From positions 1-64,000 of the IMG/VR virus record IMGVR_UViG_3300032242_002636: DNA of 64,000 nt. One strand, written 5' to 3'. Source of the stretch: a virus. Below, one piece after another: positions 27,773 to 38,229 of the stretch. The first letter of the stretch is position 1. Each line of letters opens with the position of its first letter. Position numbers and translations under genes: made by a program. A model generated the notes under the pieces. That model was not told the origin of the DNA and searched no databases. It saw only the letters and a program-made list of their open reading frames with translations.

Positions 27773-28333
27773 ATGGGAAACTTATTCGCAAACCAAGACA
27801 TTGATGCATTCTTCCAGACTGCAATTAACAGAGACTTTGCTCGTCAAAATCTCTTCCGTGTACTCTACATAAACTCAGGTGCAACAAACATCGTATTCGA
27901 TCAGAACGACTTGGTTTATGTAACCTCAACCTCTCTCCCACAGAGAGCTATCACAAACATTTCAGTTCCTTTCATGGGTCTGAAGTTCAATGTTCCCGGT
28001 ACAGCTACATATCCCGGTAGTGAATCATGGAATGTTACATTCCGTATGCCACAGGATCTTGGAATTCGTCAAAAGCTCGAACTCTGGACTCGTGGTACAT
28101 TCGATGATGCTACAAGTACAGGTGCTTATGAAGTCAAGGATCTTGGTGGAGTAGGATTAGCTCTTATGGGCAAAGGTGGACAGGTTCTTAGAGTTTATAA
28201 CCTTGTTGGTGCATACTGCACAAACATTGGACAATATACACTCAATAGCACAACCGCTGGTGAAATCGTAGAACTACAAGCAACAATCGCTTACCAATTC
28301 TGGATTCAGCCAGAAGCTTCTCCAATAGGATAA
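27773..28333 (+). CDS. tail tube protein (gp19-like)
   Basis: follows sheath; ARQNLF, LP..., VPF.G....PG...W.VTF. Confidence 0.85.
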   Translation: MGNLFANQDIDAFFQTAINRDFARQNLFRVLYINSGATNIVFDQNDLVYVTSTSLPQRAITNISVPFMGLKFNVPGTATYPGSESWNVTFRMPQDLGIRQKLELWTRGTFDDATSTGAYEVKDLGGVGLALMGKGGQVLRVYNLVGAYCTNIGQYTLNSTTAGEIVELQATIAYQFWIQPEASPIG

Positions 28334-28367
28334 CTTATCTAAATAACCGTAGGGATAAGTATTCTAA

Positions 28368-29321
28368 ATGGCTACTAGTCCCTACCGTTATTATTTAGAT
28401 GTAATAAGCAATTGGCCCACAGCCATTGCACCTGAGAGTCAGTGGTTTATAAACTTTGATCTTCCTACTGTAGGAGCATTAAAAAATATTTCTAATATAC
28501 AGAAATATGATAGCGGAAGTGGTTCTGATACTGTTTGGAATATACCACAAGGAACAGTAAACACTCTTATTGCCAAAGAAAATCAATTTGCTACTGATAA
28601 TCTTATTGGTTGTGTATTTGCTAGAGAAGTAACAGTACCCGGTGAGACTATTGATGCAGGAAATGTTGGTTTAGATTATGGTGGTTATCAAGCACCAGCT
28701 ACTTCTAATGGTAGAAATAAATACGGAAAACTCCATGTAGTATTCAGTGAAACCAACAGCTCTTTTTTAGATTTTGTTATCAGACCTTGGACAATTTTAG
28801 TAGGATATTATGGGCTTTTAGCAAGAGCAGAAAATTCTCCTAAAAAAGTAAAATGTAACTATGCTGATGTTGTATACATAGCTAAAACTGGACCTTATAG
28901 CCCTTCTATACAGAGAAAAATAATAAGATATTTTAACATAGCTCCTGTTTCTATAGGTGCAATATCAAACACTTATGCTAGTGAAGGTATGCAATATAAA
29001 GGTGTAGATTTTGTTTACGATTCTTATAGTGTATTAGATCCTTCAAGTGGATCAAGCGGAACATTAAATCCAGCATTAAACGCAACAAAAACTAATAATC
29101 CAAATTCTACTGTAAAGGTAGCTCCTATAAACCAACCAAATCCTGTTCAGTACCAAAATCCTAATATAACAAATCCATTAGAGTATAGTCAATCATTTAA
29201 GCTACCTACTGCTAATCTTTCAAGTAGTTCAGTTACTCCACAAGGGGATATATACATTAACCAAATTTCTGGATCTATACCATCTAATAATCCTTTCAAT
29301 ACTATAAATTTAAACAAGTAA
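28368..29321 (+). CDS. tube-like baseplate protein (gp54-like)
   Basis: V.VPGE, F.ETN, PW tube-fold pattern; position. Confidence 0.55.
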   Translation: MATSPYRYYLDVISNWPTAIAPESQWFINFDLPTVGALKNISNIQKYDSGSGSDTVWNIPQGTVNTLIAKENQFATDNLIGCVFAREVTVPGETIDAGNVGLDYGGYQAPATSNGRNKYGKLHVVFSETNSSFLDFVIRPWTILVGYYGLLARAENSPKKVKCNYADVVYIAKTGPYSPSIQRKIIRYFNIAPVSIGAISNTYASEGMQYKGVDFVYDSYSVLDPSSGSSGTLNPALNATKTNNPNSTVKVAPINQPNPVQYQNPNITNPLEYSQSFKLPTANLSSSSVTPQGDIYINQISGSIPSNNPFNTINLNK

Positions 29322-29336
29322 GGTTAAATAGGATAG

Positions 29337-30296
29337 ATGGAGTATTACATATATTCAGTTGAATTGCCGTTTTCTGGTGTAGAGCTTTTTTACAGAGAAC
29401 TTAATACGAAGGAACAATTGATATTAGCAAAGTCTAATACCTTTCTTCCCTCTGGAGACGAATTTGATTCTGATTATGCTAGAGTGCTCCGAAATATAAT
29501 ATCAAATTGTGTAGAAAACAAAGAAGATTTTTACAGATTAAATATAATTGATTATATTTTATTTTTAACAAAATTAAGAATAGTAACATTAGGAGCAAAT
29601 TTAGATGTTCATTTTGAAAACAAATCTAATCCTTCTGACCTTAAATCAAAAATAACATTAGATCTTAATACATTCATGAAGCTTCTTTATGAAGCTGCTT
29701 CAGAAGCACTAGATAATGATGAATTAGATTCTGGTAAAATAAAGATAAAATTAGGTTGGCCCAATATAAGATCAGAAAATATTTTTCTTTCTAAAAATAA
29801 TGAAGAAGGTGTTGAAAAAATATTAACAACTCTTCCTGAATATATAAAAACAATTTATATATCAGATGATAATATCATTAATTTAGATTATTTTAACACA
29901 AAAGAAAAGAAAGAAATATACGAAAGAATGCCTGTATCTCTGAGAACAAATATACAAATAAAGGTATTAAATTATATTAAAATATTAGCATCAAAAAATT
30001 TATTTAATATACCTAAAATGGAGTATTTTAAGCTTAATTTTTATAATAAATCATATTTAGATTTAGTTAGATTGTTCTTTTCAGGAGAACTAAAATCTAT
30101 ATACAATGACTATTACATATTAGCATCTAAAAATATAAATCCAGAATATGTAGATAATATGCCTATAACAGATAGAAAAGTATTTTGTTCCTTTATAGAT
30201 GAAGAAATAAAAGCTAAATCTGCTAATGGTACTAATATACCTACAACAGGAGATTCTACTCAATTACAGGATTTAATAGATGAATTTGAGGGATAG
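29337..30296 (+). CDS. baseplate hub assembly protein (gp26-like)
   Basis: LP.SG....YR.L..KEQ.IL, D..LFL..LR...G. Confidence 0.6.
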   Translation: MEYYIYSVELPFSGVELFYRELNTKEQLILAKSNTFLPSGDEFDSDYARVLRNIISNCVENKEDFYRLNIIDYILFLTKLRIVTLGANLDVHFENKSNPSDLKSKITLDLNTFMKLLYEAASEALDNDELDSGKIKIKLGWPNIRSENIFLSKNNEEGVEKILTTLPEYIKTIYISDDNIINLDYFNTKEKKEIYERMPVSLRTNIQIKVLNYIKILASKNLFNIPKMEYFKLNFYNKSYLDLVRLFFSGELKSIYNDYYILASKNINPEYVDNMPITDRKVFCSFIDEEIKAKSANGTNIPTTGDSTQLQDLIDEFEG

Positions 30297-30306
30297 GTGA
30301 GTAATT

Positions 30307-31122
30307 ATGGTTATGTCAGAAGAAACTAAAAATATAAGCTTTAATGATGCTTTATCAATGTTAGATTCCGTTTCCAAGGAATCTTTCGTAACCGATGCTT
30401 GGATTCCCTCTCTTAACAGATCTATAAAGATCAAAGAAATAACAGCTAAACAACAAAAGACTATATTAGAATCTGCAATTGATTCTGCTGTATCAAAATC
30501 TACTTTTGGTAAAGTATTTTTTGAAATAATCACAGCAAATTGTTTAGAAGATAAAAATATTGTAGAAGGACTAACCATAGCAGATAAAGCTTCTATAGCC
30601 TTTACAATGAGATCACAGATTTCAGATACTTTGAAAGTAGTATTCAAAGAAGATCCCAAAGTAGAAAATAAAATTTCCCTTGATTCTATTTTAACTAAAT
30701 TTTCTACCTATGTACATCCAGTTAATGAAGTTTTAGAAGTATCTAAGAATGGTGTTAATATTAGTACAGAAATTGCTCTTCCAAATATATCTGATGAGTT
30801 TAAGTTTGATTCTCATCTATACGGTAAGAAAGCAAAGGAAGATCAGGTAGAAGAAGCAAAAGAAATTATAACAAGTGCATTTTTAGGAGAAGCTGCAAAG
30901 TATATAAAGGAAATAACCATTGATGGAATTCCTCTTGGTTATAATGGGTTAGGAGTAACTCAAAAATTAATGTTTGTGGAGAAATTATCTGCCACTCTGG
31001 TACAGAAGATATTAGAGAAAATAATAGCATGGAAAGCTGATTTGGATAAAGTCTACACTGTAAATCATGAAGGCATTGATAAGATCATTGAAATAGATAA
31101 TCTTCTTTTTCTAAGTAATTGA
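30307..31122 (+). CDS. baseplate hub assembly protein (second gp26-like paralog)
   Basis: IPSL....K.I..KQQK.IL, L...D......R pattern. Confidence 0.55.
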   Translation: MVMSEETKNISFNDALSMLDSVSKESFVTDAWIPSLNRSIKIKEITAKQQKTILESAIDSAVSKSTFGKVFFEIITANCLEDKNIVEGLTIADKASIAFTMRSQISDTLKVVFKEDPKVENKISLDSILTKFSTYVHPVNEVLEVSKNGVNISTEIALPNISDEFKFDSHLYGKKAKEDQVEEAKEIITSAFLGEAAKYIKEITIDGIPLGYNGLGVTQKLMFVEKLSATLVQKILEKIIAWKADLDKVYTVNHEGIDKIIEIDNLLFLSN

Positions 31123-31156
31123 TCTAATAATATCCATATAGATTAAGTATTTCTAT

Positions 31157-33301
31157 ATGGAATTGAATGAACTTCAGCAAAGACTCCTAGAAAAACTAGA
31201 GAGTATAAGCACTGATGATATTTTAAGGGCTATCTTCTCTATAGAAGGTCAGCCTTCATATGCTTCCGTAAACAAAATAGAAGCACTCAGAGAGTCTATT
31301 TTAGGCAGTGCCGAACATATTGCAGAAGAAGTTTCTAAAAAGGCTAATAGCACTGATATTATATTCGATGCTCTAGGACTACCAAAAGACAATTCTAATG
31401 CAAAGGCACTTGATTTAATTCGTCAAGATACTTGGCAGCAAATAGCTGAAATTAATAAGAAAATTAGAGAAAAATATAACTTCTCAGATGAGGCTTTAAA
31501 GCACATGGCAGATCCCTTTGCTTTAAATGAAACAAGAGAAAATTCAAGAAAAGCATTAAATCAAAGATTTTTAGAAATAAAAGATAAACTGGAAAGTGTT
31601 GATTTGAGTATAGTTCCTTTTGAACTTATAAATCAACCCAAATTAAACCAGCTTGTTAAATACGAGCCAATAGAAGATGAAGAAAAAGAAAAGAAGATAC
31701 CTCCTTATGAAGTTAAGGAAATTCCTGTTTTAGATAAACTTAATGAGATTTATACAACAAAACTTGATGATATATTAAAGCTTTTAGAAGACAGACAGAA
31801 CAAGCTGTTAAAGGACAAGGAACCAGAAACAACTTCTGTTGGAATGAAGTTTTATGAACCAGAAGAGAAAACCTTTACACTAAACCAAAAACAATTTTCT
31901 GATATAATAAATGCTATTAATTTAAGCAGTCAAACACAGAAAAAAGTATTAGATGAAATATTGGACGTAGAAAAGGAAAGAAATACATCATCAAAAGATT
32001 TAGATTATTCTAAACCATCAGGATTTCTCGATAATCTATTGAAACTTGGAAGTATTTTATCTGCTGCTGCTCTTGGATTAGGAATTCTTGCAGAACCATT
32101 AGCTAAAATGGTTGATAGTATGTTTGGAACTAAACTTGAAACTATAGTAGAAAGAATAAAAAGCAATACTGGATTAGATCAAAGAAGATTTCTAGATATC
32201 GCAAAGTGGGCTTACTTAGGAATTAGAGGAGCAAAGAACGTAAAAAGAACAACAGGATCTTTAATGACTTCAGGAGGAAGAGAAGCTCTTCGTGAGGCAG
32301 GTGCTAAATCATTATCTAAAACAACTCCTAGATGGAAAGCTATAGGAAGAATGGTTACAGGAAAAGCAAAAGAAGAAGCTGTTATTGCTGAAGAATCTGC
32401 TGCTGCTGCTACAAGAGCTAGTAGTGCTGTAAAGGCTACTGGTGCTGTAGGAGAAACGGCAGTAAAAGCTAGTAAAACAGCTGGATTATTAAGTAAAATA
32501 ACTAGTCCTGCTACTACATCTTTACTTCGTGGAATTACAGGAGGATTTTTAAGAAAGATACCTATTTTAGGTGGTCTTATAGATTTAGGAATAGCAATGG
32601 ATTCTTTTAGTAAGGGAGATACAACAGGTGGTATTATAAGTGTTTTATCAGCTGCTACAAATCTTTTATATCTATTAGGTCCAGAAATGGCAGTAGTTGC
32701 TATTCCAATTCAAATGGGATTATCTGCTCTTGATTGGTTCTTAACAAGTCAAGCAGGAGGAGACATTAAACAAAAACAAAATGTAATTCCTAATATGATT
32801 AGTGGTTTTTTTGGAGGATCTAAAAAACCTAAAACAGAAAAACCTGATATGAAACCAAAGGCAAAGGAAATTTCTGTGACATCAGAAGAAAATAAACAAA
32901 TAGCTTCTCAAATATCTTCACAAGAAACTGAAGAAGTTATTGAAATGGGACCAGAAGGATCTAGAGTTATCACCAGACCTAAACTAATAAATCCAGAGAA
33001 TGAAAAAAATTATAGGATTTTAAAACCAATATCAGAACCTACTTCTCCTACTGTAAGGGATATAGCTTCTGTTCCACAACCTACTTTCTCTAGTACAGTT
33101 TCTTTAGATAATCAATCATTAGAAAAATTATCTTCTATGCTATCTAAAATGACTCCATCACCTGTAACTTCTGTAAATATTGGAGGTGGTGGAGGTGGAT
33201 CACAAGTAGCATTAAGTAGTGAAAGAGATGGTATCTATGAAGGAAGAAGAAGAAGAAAACCTCTTCATATCTGGGATACAACTAATCCTTCTACCTATTA
33301 A
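31157..33301 (+). CDS. tape-measure-like protein (gp29-like)
   Basis: long helical Ala/Gly-rich protein with hydrophobic segments (LRKIPILGGLI); position. Confidence 0.55.
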   Translation: MELNELQQRLLEKLESISTDDILRAIFSIEGQPSYASVNKIEALRESILGSAEHIAEEVSKKANSTDIIFDALGLPKDNSNAKALDLIRQDTWQQIAEINKKIREKYNFSDEALKHMADPFALNETRENSRKALNQRFLEIKDKLESVDLSIVPFELINQPKLNQLVKYEPIEDEEKEKKIPPYEVKEIPVLDKLNEIYTTKLDDILKLLEDRQNKLLKDKEPETTSVGMKFYEPEEKTFTLNQKQFSDIINAINLSSQTQKKVLDEILDVEKERNTSSKDLDYSKPSGFLDNLLKLGSILSAAALGLGILAEPLAKMVDSMFGTKLETIVERIKSNTGLDQRRFLDIAKWAYLGIRGAKNVKRTTGSLMTSGGREALREAGAKSLSKTTPRWKAIGRMVTGKAKEEAVIAEESAAAATRASSAVKATGAVGETAVKASKTAGLLSKITSPATTSLLRGITGGFLRKIPILGGLIDLGIAMDSFSKGDTTGGIISVLSAATNLLYLLGPEMAVVAIPIQMGLSALDWFLTSQAGGDIKQKQNVIPNMISGFFGGSKKPKTEKPDMKPKAKEISVTSEENKQIASQISSQETEEVIEMGPEGSRVITRPKLINPENEKNYRILKPISEPTSPTVRDIASVPQPTFSSTVSLDNQSLEKLSSMLSKMTPSPVTSVNIGGGGGGSQVALSSERDGIYEGRRRRKPLHIWDTTNPSTY

Positions 33302-33304
33302 TAT

Positions 33305-34318
33305 ATGAACGGAAAAACTACATCACTTTATAAAATAGAACCTAAAACAGAAACTGCTCTTTTTGGTATTAATTTTGATTATCCAAAAATAACACCAGCA
33401 GGTGATTCTGGATTCGGTGGTAATATTGATATTTTAAATAAATTTAGATGGAAAACTAATGATGGTTTAACTGATGAAGTTCCTTATGTAATATTAATGG
33501 AATATGAACTTCCTTATGGAATGTGGACTTCTAGATTAACTAATATACTTGATTCTGTAAAATCTGCTTTATATTCAGGGGATTCTGATCCTTATATAAA
33601 ATTATATACAGGAACAGCTACAGGATTCTCATATGTTCTGCCATATCTATTAAAAAATGGAGATAGTGTAAGAGGAAGTGGTGTAAAAAATGCATGGAAG
33701 GAAGTTGATATAACACAATCAGTAGGAAAAGTTCCTTTAGTAGGTAGAGATTTAGCTGGTATAGGTAAGAGTATTTCAGATACTTTGCAAGTAGTGGGAG
33801 AAACCTTTTCACCCGGCTATGGTACTGAAAAAATAATGAATTATTCCAGTACTGAAAGAAAATCTATAACAATAACATTTCCTTTGTACAATACCGTTGA
33901 TGAAGGAGAAGCTATTAATAATTTTGATTTTGTAAATCTTTTTGCTTTGCAAAATTTAAAAACAAGAACTAGTTGGCTTACCTTTGTTCCTCCTAAATTA
34001 TATGTAGTAGAAGGAGTGGGTCTTGGTGGAATATATATGCCAGCATGTTATGTTTCTAATTATGATTTCAAAGCAATAGGAACAACAAGATATGTAAAAG
34101 CATATGGTAATAGTGGAAAAGATTATTTAATTCCAGAAGCGTATAAAGTATCTATAACACTAACAGAACTTGTTCCTGAAAGTAGTAACATAATGTGGGG
34201 AGCATTAGGAGGTCCAAAGGTTCAAATAATAAATAGTCCTGCTTCTGTAGAACAAACAAGAGCTACTATAAGTGTGAGAGAAAATAATATCATACAGCCG
34301 GGTAATTTAGTTGCTTAA
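33305..34318 (+). CDS. baseplate-tube junction protein (gp48-like)
   Basis: tube-fold pattern (ITFPL.NT, PP.LY.V, IPEAY.V.ITL.EL); position. Confidence 0.55.
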   Translation: MNGKTTSLYKIEPKTETALFGINFDYPKITPAGDSGFGGNIDILNKFRWKTNDGLTDEVPYVILMEYELPYGMWTSRLTNILDSVKSALYSGDSDPYIKLYTGTATGFSYVLPYLLKNGDSVRGSGVKNAWKEVDITQSVGKVPLVGRDLAGIGKSISDTLQVVGETFSPGYGTEKIMNYSSTERKSITITFPLYNTVDEGEAINNFDFVNLFALQNLKTRTSWLTFVPPKLYVVEGVGLGGIYMPACYVSNYDFKAIGTTRYVKAYGNSGKDYLIPEAYKVSITLTELVPESSNIMWGALGGPKVQIINSPASVEQTRATISVRENNIIQPGNLVA

Positions 34319-34679
34319 TATTATGAAACAAAGTGAATATCCAGATCTACCAGTAATTTCTTCATATAGATATGAAAATTTTTTTAATGTCTATACAGAT
34401 GGAAATGATTTCAAATTTTACAATTTGTTAAGATCTATTAACCTTTTTCCTGCTAATAATTCAGAAGTAGAAGATGTTTATAATACCACATTTAATGATA
34501 CATGGCATTTAATATCATACAAGTATTATAATACTATAGATCTTTGGTGGTTAGTATGTGCATATAATGAAATACAAAATCCTGTAAAAATGCCTGAACC
34601 CGGTACTCAGATAAAACTATTAAAATCTAACTATGTTTCAGATATCATTTCTGAGTTAAACAAGCAGATTAAGCAATAG
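34311..34679 (+). CDS. baseplate wedge protein (gp53/LysM-like)
   Basis: DTW.LISYKYY...DLWWL....N.I.NP. Confidence 0.75.
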   Translation: MLNIMKQSEYPDLPVISSYRYENFFNVYTDGNDFKFYNLLRSINLFPANNSEVEDVYNTTFNDTWHLISYKYYNTIDLWWLVCAYNEIQNPVKMPEPGTQIKLLKSNYVSDIISELNKQIKQ

Positions 34680-34715
34680 ATAAAATTTGGTACATTCATA
34701 AGTACCTATTAAACA

Positions 34716-37625
34716 ATGGCAAAGAAGAAAGAACAGGAAAGTAATTCTTTAGATGAGTTAACTATGGATGATATTTTGGTAGATGGAAAATTCTATCAAG
34801 GCAATGAGAATATCCTTCGTAAGGATGCTACATTTAAATGGACAGAAGAGATGTTGGCAGAGCTTAAACTCTGTGCCAAGAGTATTCTTCATTTTGCAGA
34901 AAACCATTTCTATATTATTACCGAAGACGGTAAAAGAAAGATTGAATTATACAAATATCAAAAAAGACTTTTAAAGGCTTTTAAATCTAATAGATTCAAT
35001 GTAATCCTATCTAGCCGTCAAAGTGGTAAGGCATTGGCTTTGAATACGCCCATACCAACACCTAATGGTTATGTTATGATGGGTGATCTTAAAGACGGAG
35101 ATCAAATATTTGGATCAGATGGTAATATATATAACATAAAAAAAGCACACGAAATTCTTAATCATAGAGAATGTTATAAACTAACATTTGATAACGGGGA
35201 ATCTATAGTTGCAGATGCTGAACACCTTTGGTTTACGCAGACAAAAAAAGATAGAAAAAGAAAATATAATAGAGAAGGTAGCGTAAAAACTACCAAAGAA
35301 ATTTTTAATAGTTTATTTTATACTTCCAATAACGAGCCTAATCATAGAATACCTATGTGTTTGAATGGTATAGAGTTTGAAGAAAAAAATCTACCAATAT
35401 CTCCATATATTCTTGGACTTTGGTTAGGGGACGGTGCAACTGATGGCTCAAGAATAACTGTTGGTAAAAGAGATATAAAATATATTATTGATATTTTAGA
35501 AAAAAATCAAGAATTCAAAATTATAAAAGTTCAAGAAGATAAAAATAGTGTTTTTGCTATAAATTTAACAAATGAAGAGAGAAAAAAAGATTCTTTACAC
35601 ACAAAATTAAGATTAAATGCTTTATTGGGAAATAAACACATCCCAGAATTATATCTATTATCTTCTAGAGAGCAAAGATTAGAATTATTAAAAGGATTGA
35701 TGGATTCTGATGGTTATATAACACCTAAAGGTCATGCATATTTTTATAATACCAATTTAAAATTGGTCAAACAAGTTCAATCTCTTATAACTAGTTTAGG
35801 ATATAAAGCCTTTTATAAAGAGAAAATAGCAAAAATAAATGGAGTGGAGTGTGGTCTTGTTGGAAGTGTTTACTTTAAACCAAGAGAATTTGTTGTTAAA
35901 TTACCATTTAAAGTAGATAGATTAAAAGATAATTTAAGCATTGTATCAGAATCAAATAGAAACCAATATCATTATATTAAAAATATAGAAAAAACAGAAA
36001 GTGTTCCTGTTAGGTGTATAACCGTTGATAGTCCAAATTCTCTATATCTTTGTGGTAGAAACTTCATACCAACTCATAATACAACTACAATTACCATTTA
36101 CGCTCTTTGGTTGGTGTGTTTCCAATCAGACAAGAGAATTACTATTGTAGCTAACAAGGAATCAACTGCAAAGGAAATCTTTGCTAGAATCAAGATGGCA
36201 TATGAACAGCTTCCGATTTACATGAAGCCAAATATTAAGTCTTGGAGAAAAGATGGCTTTGTTCTTGGTAATGATTCTGCAATTACTATTAGTACAACAT
36301 CATCATCTGGTCCTCGTGGTACTACCAGTAATCTTCTCATCATTGATGAGATGGCTCATTGTCCTGATGATCTCATGAGAGAACTTTGGAAATCTGCTAT
36401 TCCTATTATTTCTTCGATGAAGAAATCACAGGTTGTAGTCATTAGTACTCCTAATGGTAAGAATAATAAATTTTATGATCTTTATGAGGATAGTAAGAAG
36501 GAAGGAAGTGAGTGGAATCTAGAAGTTGTTAACTATTGGGATGTACCGGGTCGTGATGAGGAGTGGGTAAAAAAGACAATGGCAATGATGGGATCAAAAG
36601 ATGATTTTGATCAGGAATATTGTAATGTTTTCCATGATCCTAATAAAAGTGTGATTGATGAAGAGTATCTTACTAAATTAAAAGGTGAATGCCCAGAACC
36701 AGTTTTAGTATTGGAAGATGGTGCTTACAAGATATTTGAGCTTCCAAATCCAGATAGTTTTTATGTTATAGGTGTTGACGTTGGTGAAGGTATAGGAAGA
36801 ACAAATACTGTTGCTCAAATTTTAGATGTTTCTAATCTACAAAATATTAAACAAGTAGCTATATTTGCTTCTAATAATATAAATCCATTTCATTTTGGAA
36901 CACGACTAATGGGTGTTCTTCAGGATTGGGGAAGACCTCCTATCTTGGTTGAAAATAATAACAACGGACAGCAAATTTTGGACGTTCTTTGCCAGACTCA
37001 TAACTATGAGAATGTAGTATCATATCACTTTGAAGGTTTTAGTAAGCACTATAATAATACTCATAGATACGGTATACATAATCATACTAATACTAGATAT
37101 AAAGGTATAACAAACTTTAGATATTGGGTCAATAGTTTAAAAGCTGTTAAGCTCAATGACATGGATACTATCTTAGAGATAAACAGTTTTGTTCGTCTTC
37201 CAAATTATACATATACAAAGAAAAATGAAAAGGATCTTGATGATCGTGTATTTGGTCTTATATGGGCATTATTCATTCTTGATCCTTCCTTGGTAGCTAG
37301 ATACTTTACAATACAAGAATTAGACGATCAAGGTCGCCCAATGAAAATTTTTCCTCTTAGTGATAATAAGGATCTTATAAAGAATAGTCCATTACTAATA
37401 GGAGGTGGTGCTAGTATAGTAAAGAAACCTTCGGTTAATACTCCTTATTCTCATGTAGGTGGAATGGATATGGCTACTGGATTTGACCTTTTCTCTGATG
37501 ACAGAGCAAATTTACTAAGATGGATGTTAGAAACAGAGGAAGCTGATAGGATGTTACCTCCACAAATTGATGATAATTCGGATAAGTCTTCTATGGACAC
37601 TTATCATCCAACTATAATATTTTAA
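34716..37625 (+). CDS. terL: terminase large subunit (gp17-like) with intein
   Basis: YQ adenine motif, RQSGK|TT Walker A split by intein, IIDEMAH, ISTPNG, GVDVGEG, DDRV. Confidence 0.95.
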   Translation: MAKKKEQESNSLDELTMDDILVDGKFYQGNENILRKDATFKWTEEMLAELKLCAKSILHFAENHFYIITEDGKRKIELYKYQKRLLKAFKSNRFNVILSSRQSGKALALNTPIPTPNGYVMMGDLKDGDQIFGSDGNIYNIKKAHEILNHRECYKLTFDNGESIVADAEHLWFTQTKKDRKRKYNREGSVKTTKEIFNSLFYTSNNEPNHRIPMCLNGIEFEEKNLPISPYILGLWLGDGATDGSRITVGKRDIKYIIDILEKNQEFKIIKVQEDKNSVFAINLTNEERKKDSLHTKLRLNALLGNKHIPELYLLSSREQRLELLKGLMDSDGYITPKGHAYFYNTNLKLVKQVQSLITSLGYKAFYKEKIAKINGVECGLVGSVYFKPREFVVKLPFKVDRLKDNLSIVSESNRNQYHYIKNIEKTESVPVRCITVDSPNSLYLCGRNFIPTHNTTTITIYALWLVCFQSDKRITIVANKESTAKEIFARIKMAYEQLPIYMKPNIKSWRKDGFVLGNDSAITISTTSSSGPRGTTSNLLIIDEMAHCPDDLMRELWKSAIPIISSMKKSQVVVISTPNGKNNKFYDLYEDSKKEGSEWNLEVVNYWDVPGRDEEWVKKTMAMMGSKDDFDQEYCNVFHDPNKSVIDEEYLTKLKGECPEPVLVLEDGAYKIFELPNPDSFYVIGVDVGEGIGRTNTVAQILDVSNLQNIKQVAIFASNNINPFHFGTRLMGVLQDWGRPPILVENNNNGQQILDVLCQTHNYENVVSYHFEGFSKHYNNTHRYGIHNHTNTRYKGITNFRYWVNSLKAVKLNDMDTILEINSFVRLPNYTYTKKNEKDLDDRVFGLIWALFILDPSLVARYFTIQELDDQGRPMKIFPLSDNKDLIKNSPLLIGGGASIVKKPSVNTPYSHVGGMDMATGFDLFSDDRANLLRWMLETEEADRMLPPQIDDNSDKSSMDTYHPTIIF
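35031..36080 (+). mobile_element. class 3 (Ala1, WCT) intein with LAGLIDADG homing endonuclease, 350 aa
   Basis: ALALNTPIPTP start; ADAEHLW; LGLWLGDG and LKGLMDSDG; VRCITV; IPTHN|T. Confidence 0.93.
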
Positions 37626-37627
37626 CT

Positions 37628-38227
37628 ATGAATCAAGCCGTTTTAAATAGATCTAGAAGCGATAAATTTGCATTTGTTTTAGAGTTGCCTAAAGCACTAA
37701 AACAACAACAAGATGTCGTTTTACAGAAGGAATATAATGCAGATAGTGTACAATTTACTACCTATGGATCACCAGTTCCTACAATTAATATACCTGAAAT
37801 AAAGGTTCCTTTTGGAGGACAGGTTTATAATACTTCTAGTATTTCTCGTCCAGCATATCCACCAATATCACTTAAATTTTTAGTAGATAATGGTTATCAA
37901 AACTATTGGATTTTATGGAAATGGTTGAATCTTTTTAATGATAATAAAGAAGGAACAACCAATTTAAATTCTCCTTTAAATTCAAGAAAAGATGATATTA
38001 TTTTAACTAATCCTATTACTGAATATGCTGCTAATTTTAGCTTATTTGGTTTAGATGAATTTAATAATCGAATTATATCATTCAATTATACACAGGCATT
38101 TATAACAGGATTAAGTCCAATTGAATTTTCATTCCAAAATCCTGCTGAAATCACTTGTACTGCTACATTCGTATTCAATCAATTGCAAATAAATCTTATT
38201 AAAGATATTAATGTATCTTCTTGTTAA
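37628..38227 (+). CDS. tail tube-fold protein (gp3/gp19-like tail completion)
   Basis: LN.SR..KF, VP, L.F.VD....NY....KW, F...L..I.F, ATF.F. Confidence 0.65.
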   Translation: MNQAVLNRSRSDKFAFVLELPKALKQQQDVVLQKEYNADSVQFTTYGSPVPTINIPEIKVPFGGQVYNTSSISRPAYPPISLKFLVDNGYQNYWILWKWLNLFNDNKEGTTNLNSPLNSRKDDIILTNPITEYAANFSLFGLDEFNNRIISFNYTQAFITGLSPIEFSFQNPAEITCTATFVFNQLQINLIKDINVSSC

Positions 38228-38229
38228 TT

